A DNA stretch of 64,000 bases, taken from positions 160,001 to 224,000 of the forward strand of contig CBDFIQ010000002.1 in assembly GCA_965248195.1 (NCBI GenBank), written 5' to 3'. The DNA comes from Longimicrobiales bacterium (GTDB lineage Bacteria > Gemmatimonadota > Gemmatimonadetes > Longimicrobiales > Gaopeijiaceae). The notes beneath the pieces were generated by a model that saw only the letters and a program-made list of their open reading frames with translations, made no database searches and was not told the origin of the DNA. Shown in pieces: positions 37,922 to 45,483 of the stretch. Numbering within the stretch: the stretch's first letter is position 1; each line of letters starts with the position of its first letter. The translations under genes were made by a program, and so were the position numbers.

Positions 37922-38536
37922 TCACAGCGTCGTCGGCGGAGCGACGGCCAAGACGGCGTTTTGGTTGCCGAAGCCGTCGTCCGCGTAGCGCTGGGCTCCG
38001 GGATCGGTGACCCAATCGGTGCCGTCGATGACGAACATGTACTTGTGGAGGCCGGGCGTGATCGGGACTCGTCCGGTCCAGATCCCATCGCCATCAGCGT
38101 CCTCGAGGACGAAGTCGCTCTCCCATCCACTGAAGTCACCGGCCACGGCAACCGTCGTGGCTCCGGGGGCTTCGAGGGAAAACTCCACCAGGATCTCGGT
38201 GACGGCGACGGGCCCGAGCTGCTGCTCGACCGGTGTTCTGTTCGGTAACAGCACGACCACGGCTACGGCCGCAGCGGCCATGGCCAGGCTCGTCAGCGGG
38301 GAGAGACGGATGTTGCGCGGCCTGAGCAGCCAGTCGAAAACGCTCTCCCTGGGTGCGCTGGCCAACGCGATCTCGCTCATGACCGCATTCTCCATCCATG
38401 GCGGGGCCTGTTTCGGCTCGTCGGCCTTCATCTCTCCGGTGAGCCTTCGCCAGGCTTCAGCCTCGGCCTGAGCTTCGGGGCTGAGCTCTTCAAGCTCCCG
38501 TTCCCCGTCCATGTAGTCATTCAGTTCATTGTTCAT
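37922..38536 (-). CDS. putative anti-sigma factor with extracytoplasmic CBM48/glycogen-binding domain
   Basis: LNDYMDGE N-terminus, single TM, VAVAGDFSGW...KYMFVIDGTDWVTDP...DGFGNQN; coupled to the sigma gene. Confidence 0.85.
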   Translation of the reverse strand: MNNELNDYMDGERELEELSPEAQAEAEAWRRLTGEMKADEPKQAPPWMENAVMSEIALASAPRESVFDWLLRPRNIRLSPLTSLAMAAAAVAVVVLLPNRTPVEQQLGPVAVTEILVEFSLEAPGATTVAVAGDFSGWESDFVLEDADGDGIWTGRVPITPGLHKYMFVIDGTDWVTDPGAQRYADDGFGNQNAVLAVAPPTTL

Positions 38537-39103
38537 TGGTACACCTTCAACAATGTCTGCAGCTCGTCTCGAGCGCGTAGCACCCTCATTTTCAGAGCCG
38601 ACTTAGAGGCGCCCAGCAGGGTGGCCATCTCGCCGTACGATCGGCCTTCCAAGTGCTTCAACACAAAGGCCTCACGCTGTTCAGGGCTCAGCCTCTCCAA
38701 CGCCTGCTGAACCCGGTCCCTCAACTCCTCTCGCTCCAGGTCCGCGTCCGGCCTCGACCCTTTTCGCCTCTCGAGGGCCAATGCCAGCTTTGCCGACGCT
38801 CCCTCTAGCGAGAGGTCGGCCCTGCGTGGACTCTTCAAGAAATCCTTACAGAGGTTCGCGGCGATCCGGAAGAGCCAGCCACCCACCCACCCGTTCGGGG
38901 TCACGGCAGCGATTCAGCTTCTGAAAGCCGCTCACCAGGGTCTTCTGCACGATGTCGGACGCGTCGTCCGGCTGGCCCACCATCCGGTAGGCGTGTCTGT
39001 ACAGAACATCCTGATACCGGCGGACCAGCACGCGATACATCTCGTGCCGCCCACCCAGGACCTCCCGGACCACCTCGCCGTCGCTGAGTTCTTCCATTGA
39101 CAT
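38533..39103 (-). pseudogene. ECF sigma-70 factor with a 4-bp slippage frameshift
   Basis: Region 2 (LVRRYQ, DDASDIVQ, GGWLFRIAANLC) and region 4 (LSPEQREAFVL, SYGEMATLLG, LKMRVLRAR) are split across frames at 38873-38892. Confidence 0.9.
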
Positions 39104-39133
39104 TAAGAGAAAGTTACCGGGACCTCATACGTA

Positions 39134-39163
39134 AGACGAGGGAAACGTGCCGGGGGTCACATT
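39134..39163 (-). promoter_or_regulatory. predicted ECF promoter upstream of the sigma gene
   Basis: AATGTGACCCCCGGCACGTTTCCCTCGTCT; TGTGAC-N17-CGTC; 24/30 identical to 40454-40483. Confidence 0.7.
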
Positions 39164-39312
39164 CGTTTTCGGGGCGGGAGACGGACGGTGCACCCGAACG
39201 CCCCTGGGGAGGTTGGGAAACGGCGAACGCCGGAGGGGCTTTTCGCCCCCCCGGCGCTGCCGGTGGCGTCGGATGGTCGACGACACTGTGCCGCTCTCGG
39301 CGATATGCGGCT

Positions 39313-40404
39313 TCAGCCGACGATTACCGCTCCAACGACTGCGGCTCTCCAGATCAGCTGGATGCCTCTCGGATGGCCGTTCTCTATGTGCTTGACACCG
39401 GTTTCGAATGCGGCTACGGCCCGTGTCAGCAACTTCTCGAAGAACTCGTTGGGGTTGAGCTCCAACGCAGCCCTGGCGGCCTCGAGCTCGGTTTTGGCCA
39501 GGTCGATGAGGACCTGGAACTCTGAGCTGGCCACATCGGTGAGGGCACGGATTCTGTCATCCGTCACCCGATCAGGCCGGATCACCGCAGTCAGCGACAC
39601 GCTCACGGCCTTGTGGCCGAAGATGATGGCCCGTCGGAAGTGACCGTTCTGGAAGGCTTCCGCAGACGCCGCAGCCAGGCGCGCGGCCGTGTCCAAGAGG
39701 TGCTGCTGGCGCTCGCTGATGTCCGTCCCGCTCAGGAGACGGTTCGCGAGCTCGACCGCCTTGTCGGCCATAGCTACCACCAACCGGGCCCCCTTCTCCG
39801 GATCGGCGTCATGACGCCTGACACGGCTCCGGTCGGTGCGCCGATGCGCATCGATGACCCGCTTACCCGCGGTCACGTCGTCGCCGCGATCGCGTGCGTC
39901 CGTCGCGTCGTCCAAGAACCGATCGACGTCTCTCGCCAAATCACTGGGTCGATCGAAGTCGTCAGTATCACCCGCCGCGAGCAGCCGGCGCACGTCCCGT
40001 ACACGATCGATGAAGTCGTCCAGGCTGGAGCGGTCCCGTCCCTTCGCAAGAGCCCGGCCCAGCGCGTCCCGCGCCCGGTCGCCGAGCGAACGAACCCGCT
40101 CATAATCGCCCCGCGTCAGCTCGACGCGGGCCTCGTTGAATAAGCTATCGGCCGTAAAGATCTCGACGGAGGCCGCGGCCGTCATGTTGGCACTCATGGA
40201 GCTGGATACGTCTTGGATGAGGGCCGCGGTCAGATCGGGATCTGTAGCCATCTCGATCTGCACGTCCTCCATCGGAGGTATTTCGTCGAAGCCCAGATCG
40301 CTGGGCGTATCGGTGCACCCGCTGACGAAGAGTGCTCCCCATAAGAGGAAGATCAACATCAGGAATCCGGTGGCTCCGTTGCTGGAAGCTGGCGCTCTGT
40401 ACAT
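39313..40404 (-). CDS. hypothetical helical lipoprotein
   Basis: AAGGAG RBS; lipobox VSGC; helical repeats. Confidence 0.75.
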   Translation of the reverse strand: MYRAPASSNGATGFLMLIFLLWGALFVSGCTDTPSDLGFDEIPPMEDVQIEMATDPDLTAALIQDVSSSMSANMTAAASVEIFTADSLFNEARVELTRGDYERVRSLGDRARDALGRALAKGRDRSSLDDFIDRVRDVRRLLAAGDTDDFDRPSDLARDVDRFLDDATDARDRGDDVTAGKRVIDAHRRTDRSRVRRHDADPEKGARLVVAMADKAVELANRLLSGTDISERQQHLLDTAARLAAASAEAFQNGHFRRAIIFGHKAVSVSLTAVIRPDRVTDDRIRALTDVASSEFQVLIDLAKTELEAARAALELNPNEFFEKLLTRAVAAFETGVKHIENGHPRGIQLIWRAAVVGAVIVG

Positions 40405-40453
40405 GGTTCTCTCCTTAAAAAAGCAGTGTGTTTCCGAATCGAGGCTGGGAACT

Positions 40454-40483
40454 AGACGAGGGAGGGGTGCTAAGGGTCACATT
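40454..40483 (-). promoter_or_regulatory. predicted ECF promoter upstream of the lipoprotein gene
   Basis: AATGTGACCCTTAGCACCCCTCCCTCGTCT. Confidence 0.7.
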
Positions 40484-40516
40484 AGGGCAGCGCGGAACGC
40501 GGGCCTGGGCCCTAAC

Positions 40517-40563
40517 GTTGAGCGGTGCTCGGATCCTCCATGTTGAGCGGTGCTGGGATCCTC
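40517..40563. repeat. 22-bp direct repeat, period 25, in a divergent intergenic region
   Basis: GTTGAGCGGTGCT(C/G)GGATCCTC twice. Confidence 0.8.
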
Positions 40564-40632
40564 AGCCCCCGTCGGGGTATTGGCTTATCGCGGCGACACG
40601 CTTCTTCACCCACTGATACGTACAGGCCGATC

Positions 40633-43038
40633 ATGTCCACGCCTTCACCGATAGAAGAGTTTCCGTTCGGGACCCGCCTGAGCCTGGCGCACCTCGTCGA
40701 TTTCTGGGAGCGCCAGGACGGGGACCCGAGCTCATTACATGCGCCCCTGGCCCGGGTGATCGTCGAGCAGCTCGAAGAAGCTTCGGAGCTCAGAGGGATC
40801 ATCGACGACGACGCGGTGCTGGACAAACACCGGGAGCTCATCGACCTCATGATGACCGCCATGGTCCCGGCGGGTCGGCGCGAGGACTATTACGCCGCGG
40901 CCGGCGAACCCTTCAAGACACTCTCCCGCTGTTTCTACGAGACGCCGGCGTGGCGGCGGCTAGGGCTTGGCGAGGCCGAGCGCGTCAAGCATCAGCTCAA
41001 CATGGCGCCGGAGCAGTTCGCCTTTGGAAAGCTCATGTGGGCCTACGAGTTTCTGCTCCAGGAGTGGGTGGGCGTCGAGGCGAATCTACAGCCCGGCCTC
41101 GTCATGACCGTACACGACGAGGAGGTCGGGCTGGACAGGCACTTCTCGTTGGACGTCGACCCTCGCTTCACGTCCGTGAGGCTCGTTCGGGACATCGAGA
41201 AGCCGTCCTCGGAGGATGTCGCACGCCTGCTGGCCGAGCCCACTGACATCGACCTCTGGACCGAGGTGCTCCCTCCGGATGCCTTCGAGTTCGATGGCAT
41301 GACGGTGATCACGGCAGTGGACGTCACGCCCCACGAGGTGATCTCGCGACTCAAGAACGACCTCATCGAGAAGGATTCGATGGCGTCACCCGAGAAGATC
41401 GATCGGCTCCAGCATCAGCTCCGTAATCTCCTGGGTTGCCCCGAGCTCAGCCTCGGGCTGATCGCCTTCGACCGGCGGGCCGACGTCGAGGCGATCGAGG
41501 GGGCGAGGGCCGTGGGCAAGAGCCTGCTCCTCTGCGACGAGTGCGCCCCCACCTGCCCGAACCGGGCCAACTCCAGCTATGCGGGAATCTTCGAAGGCAC
41601 GGACCCCGTCATCGTTCAAGACCTTAAGACGTCGGAGTTACGCACCGGCTACGAACACCATCTGCGGAAGCACAGGCACCGTAGTCTCCTTCTCTACCCG
41701 CTCCACGCCGGCGACCAACTGGTCGGGCTCATGGAGCTCGCGTCGCCCAGGCCGGGAGACCTCAACGCCTTCAACGCCCGGCGACTGGCGGATGTCGTTC
41801 CGCTCTTCGCCACCACACTCAAGCACAACCAGGACGAGCTCGAGGATCATGTGCAGGCGGTCATCAAGCGGAAGTACACGGCGATCCACTCGTCTGTCGA
41901 GTGGCGTTTCCGCGATGCCGCCTTGCGTTACCTGGAGGAAAAGGAGAGCGGTGAGGTGAGCCCCGAGCTCGAGCAGATCGTCTTCCATGACGTGTACCCG
42001 CTCTACGGGCTGGTCGACATGCGCGACTCGTCGCGGATACGGAACGAAGCGATTCGGGGGGACCTCAGCGAACAACTCCAACTGGCTCTGGACGTGATCA
42101 ATGCCGCCGGGCAGATACGACCGCTTCTCGCGCTGGAAGAGGTGGGATACCGACTGGCGCAGCATCTCGACCGGATCGAATCCGAGCTCCGCTCAGACGA
42201 CGAATCAGGCATCTTGGAGCTCCTCCGGCGTGACGTGGAGCCGCTATTTGGGCAACTCGACACCTATGGGAGTGATGTGGCGGAGCGCGTGACCTCCTAT
42301 CGCGGGGCGCTCGACGCGGAACTGCAGCTCGTCTATCGCCGCCGCAAGGAATTCGAGCAGAGCGTGGCGGCTTTGAACGACGCCATTTCGATGACGCTGG
42401 ACGCGGAGGAGGAGCGGGCCCAGACCATGTTCCCCCACTTCTTCGAGAAGTTCAGGACGGATGGGGTGGACCACAGTATCTACATCGGCGCTGAGCTCCA
42501 CGAGGACGGGCTGTTCGATGAGCTCTATCTGCGTAATCTCCGGATCTGGCAACTCATGACGACCTGCCGGATCGAGTGGGAGCTCGCCCGGGTCAAGACC
42601 GACATGCCCGTTCCCCTCGAAGCGACCCACCTGATCCTCGTCCAGCATCAGCCGCTCTCGATCCGCTTCCGCATCGACGAGAAGCGCTTCGACGTGGACG
42701 GGGCGTACGACATCCGCTACGAGATCGTCAAGAAGCGCATCGACAAGGCGCGGGTCCGAGGGTCGAGCGAACGCATAACCCAGCCGGGGCAGCTCGCCAT
42801 CGTGTACTCGACGGCCGGTGAGGCTGCCGAGTACAGGAGATACATCGAGTTCCTTCAAAGCAGGGGCTACTTCTCCCCAGGGCTGGAGGAGCTCGAGCTG
42901 GAGGACCTCCCGGGCATCTCCGGGCTCAGGGCGCTGCGAGTCACCATCGCGAGCAGGGGCAAGGCCGACCAGTCGGCCCTGCCGGCTCGACCCTCAGAGG
43001 GCGAGATCGAGGCGGTCCTCACCGGAGAGCAGGCCTAA
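40633..43038 (+). CDS. large GAF domain-containing protein, function unknown
   Basis: GAF-like SLLLYPLHAGDQLVGLMEL; TAIHSSVEWRF, YPLYG, FEKFRTDGVDH, FDVDGAYDIRYEIVKKRIDKA. Confidence 0.8.
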   Translation: MSTPSPIEEFPFGTRLSLAHLVDFWERQDGDPSSLHAPLARVIVEQLEEASELRGIIDDDAVLDKHRELIDLMMTAMVPAGRREDYYAAAGEPFKTLSRCFYETPAWRRLGLGEAERVKHQLNMAPEQFAFGKLMWAYEFLLQEWVGVEANLQPGLVMTVHDEEVGLDRHFSLDVDPRFTSVRLVRDIEKPSSEDVARLLAEPTDIDLWTEVLPPDAFEFDGMTVITAVDVTPHEVISRLKNDLIEKDSMASPEKIDRLQHQLRNLLGCPELSLGLIAFDRRADVEAIEGARAVGKSLLLCDECAPTCPNRANSSYAGIFEGTDPVIVQDLKTSELRTGYEHHLRKHRHRSLLLYPLHAGDQLVGLMELASPRPGDLNAFNARRLADVVPLFATTLKHNQDELEDHVQAVIKRKYTAIHSSVEWRFRDAALRYLEEKESGEVSPELEQIVFHDVYPLYGLVDMRDSSRIRNEAIRGDLSEQLQLALDVINAAGQIRPLLALEEVGYRLAQHLDRIESELRSDDESGILELLRRDVEPLFGQLDTYGSDVAERVTSYRGALDAELQLVYRRRKEFEQSVAALNDAISMTLDAEEERAQTMFPHFFEKFRTDGVDHSIYIGAELHEDGLFDELYLRNLRIWQLMTTCRIEWELARVKTDMPVPLEATHLILVQHQPLSIRFRIDEKRFDVDGAYDIRYEIVKKRIDKARVRGSSERITQPGQLAIVYSTAGEAAEYRRYIEFLQSRGYFSPGLEELELEDLPGISGLRALRVTIASRGKADQSALPARPSEGEIEAVLTGEQA

Positions 43039-43058
43039 GCGATCCGAGCGTCGCGCGG

Positions 43059-44546
43059 TCAGTCCCCGCCGGTCCAGTGCCCTCGCAGTCCCTCGCGGTC
43101 AACCTCGCGGCCTCGGAGGTAGACTCGAGAGATGGTACGCGTGTTTCGGATGTCTTCGAGTGGGTTCGCGTCGAGAATTACGAAATCTGCGGTCTTTCCG
43201 GGGGCGATCGTGCCCATCTCGAACAGTCCGAGTCGTTGCGCGGGGCGGCTGGTGGCCGCAACGATCGCCTGCATCGGCGTCATGCCCAGCCGAACGAAGA
43301 TCTCCAGCTCCCGGTGGCCCGTGTAGCCGAAGAAGTGGTCCGGAACAGCGCCCGCGTCGGTTCCGAGCACGATGTCCACGTCTGCCGCCAAGAGGCGGGA
43401 AAAGGCCTCACTCAACTCCCGTTCCCGTTCCGAAGCCCTCGCGGCCACTCCTTGTGCGGCGGTGCCCCCCTGCACGGTGGCGCCCGCTGGCTGCCGTGCG
43501 TCGTAGGCTTCGCCGAGCCGAGCGGCCACCTCCGGAAGAGTCGCCTCCTGCAGGAATGGATCGTCCCCCACTCGCTCGCGGCGCAGTTCACCCAGGCCGA
43601 GATTGGGGACCAGGAAGGCTCCGGAGTCGCGGATCTGGGCGGCTAAACCGTCGTCCATCGCCGGACCGAGACGCCCGTGAAGGAACCCGGCCACGCCCGC
43701 CTCGAGCAGATCCGGCATGTCCTCAGCGTTCTGCTGGTGGACAATGACCTCGATGCCATGCGCCTGCGCTTCGTCGATGATCGCACGATAGACGTCCCGC
43801 GGCAGTTTCTTCTGGCTCCCCCCCCGATCGTCGACCCAGATCTTGATGAAGGGGATCTCCTTTGCCGAAACTTCGCGGACCGCCGTGCGACCCTCTTCCT
43901 CGGAGGCGACCCCCCTCAGAACGGTCATCCCGGTCTCCTCGGCGATGGCCAATGCATGGCCCAGGAACTGGTTGTTCGGCCCCTGCCCGGGCGGCGCCAT
44001 ACCGGCGCCGAAGAGGAAACGGGCGCCCTCGACCTCCCCCTCCCGCTGCGCTCGTTGGATCTTGATCGCGAGGTCTTCGGGGTCGCTACCGGCCGAGAAG
44101 ACCGCGCCGAACCCGTAGTAGGCATAGCGCTCGAGGTGTTCGATCAGATTCTCGCGCGAGTAGTTTTCGGATCCCCAGCTTGTGTACCCCTCGTAACCCA
44201 GGTGCGCGTGGGCATCGATCAAGGCCGGAATGACCGTCTTTCCAGCAAGGTCGATCGAGGTGGCTCCCGGAGGCGCCGCGACCCCTCCGGTGCGCCCGAC
44301 CTCGAGGATCCGGTCGCCCTCCACGAGGAGGGCCCCGTTCTCGATCATGCCGCCGTCTCCGAGGATCAGCCTGGCTCTCTCGAAGAGGAGCGTCGCGCCG
44401 GGCTGGGTGGGCACCGAAGATGCCGGGGATGCGGCCGTTCCTTCAGGGCCTGGACCGGAATCGGAGGGGGTACATCCTGCCGCAACGCACGCTGCGAGGC
44501 CGATCCCAACCAACAGGTCCCAGTTCGCCGGATTCTTACGTCTCAT
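43059..44546 (-). CDS. amidohydrolase family lipoprotein
   Basis: AAGC lipobox; IDAHAH, IKIWVD, LHG, GTDAG, GKTADFVIL. Confidence 0.9.
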   Translation of the reverse strand: MRRKNPANWDLLVGIGLAACVAAGCTPSDSGPGPEGTAASPASSVPTQPGATLLFERARLILGDGGMIENGALLVEGDRILEVGRTGGVAAPPGATSIDLAGKTVIPALIDAHAHLGYEGYTSWGSENYSRENLIEHLERYAYYGFGAVFSAGSDPEDLAIKIQRAQREGEVEGARFLFGAGMAPPGQGPNNQFLGHALAIAEETGMTVLRGVASEEEGRTAVREVSAKEIPFIKIWVDDRGGSQKKLPRDVYRAIIDEAQAHGIEVIVHQQNAEDMPDLLEAGVAGFLHGRLGPAMDDGLAAQIRDSGAFLVPNLGLGELRRERVGDDPFLQEATLPEVAARLGEAYDARQPAGATVQGGTAAQGVAARASERERELSEAFSRLLAADVDIVLGTDAGAVPDHFFGYTGHRELEIFVRLGMTPMQAIVAATSRPAQRLGLFEMGTIAPGKTADFVILDANPLEDIRNTRTISRVYLRGREVDREGLRGHWTGGD

Positions 44547-44747
44547 GCTGGGCTCCCCCTTGCGCGCTATACCGTGGACCACGTGCCGCCACTACTGCAT
44601 CCCTTCACGCCCACCCTATGCCACGGTCTCGCGTGGAGCAATCCCGCCTCATTTTACACGAAGGCGCTTGCCAGCCACCAAGCATCTTCTCCTGAGCCGC
44701 CCTCCATCTTATACTGTCTCTGCGTAATTCCAATCCAGGAGAGAGTC

Positions 44748-45380
44748 ATGATCCGTCGAATCCCTCTATTCGCCCTCGCGTTCTTCATCGCCGCGCCGCT
44801 GGCAGCTCAGACGCCCGTCGGGCTCCAGCTGCGTCTCGACCACAGCCTGAATGCGGAGGATCCGGACGACGTTCCAAACGTGACCGTGACCAGGTCGGGC
44901 GATGGTTTCCAAGTACGCACTGGACCTGCGGTCACGGCATGGATTTCCGACAACACGGCCATGGGCGCGTACACCCTCTCGGGTACCTTCACTCTCCTGG
45001 AGCCGAGCGGCCATGTAAATTACTACGGCCTCCTCTACGGTGGCGGTGACCTGGAGGGTTCGGGACAGAACTATCTGTACTTCCTGGTCGCGCAGGACGG
45101 AAGCTATCTGGTCAAGCACCGTGCCGGGAATGAAACCACGCACGACATCCAGGGACGTACGACCCACTCGGCCGTTGTGGTGCCGGACGCCAACGGGCGC
45201 TCCGTCAACGCCCTCGAGGTGCGCGTCGGCACGGACACTACCGATTTCGTTGTGAACGGCGTCGTGGTGCATTCGGCTGCCCAGAGCGGGATGGCCGGGC
45301 GCACCGACGGGATCTGGGGTGTACGGGTCAACCACGTGCTTCCTGGCATCCTCGTGGAAGGGCTGGGCATCACGCAGTAG
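44748..45380 (+). CDS. secreted beta-sandwich protein (lectin/DUF1080-like fold possible)
   Basis: AGGAG RBS, signal peptide PLAA-Q, beta-rich sequence. Confidence 0.7.
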   Translation: MIRRIPLFALAFFIAAPLAAQTPVGLQLRLDHSLNAEDPDDVPNVTVTRSGDGFQVRTGPAVTAWISDNTAMGAYTLSGTFTLLEPSGHVNYYGLLYGGGDLEGSGQNYLYFLVAQDGSYLVKHRAGNETTHDIQGRTTHSAVVVPDANGRSVNALEVRVGTDTTDFVVNGVVVHSAAQSGMAGRTDGIWGVRVNHVLPGILVEGLGITQ

Positions 45381-45483
45381 CGCGGTTCTCGCCCCTGGCT
45401 CGTAGGTCGACGGCACACCGGAGATAGCCCCAGGCACGAAGGGGATTAGCGGAGAAGGTCCCTCGGGCCATTCTCCCACCGCC

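Noticed and set aside
40517..40563. 22-bp repeats as a mini-CRISPR
   Set aside because: Only two copies, a 3-nt spacer and no cas genes
43677..44747. 5' part of the 567-aa plus-strand ORF
   Set aside because: Antisense shadow of the amidohydrolase; the real gene starts at 44748 with an RBS and signal peptide
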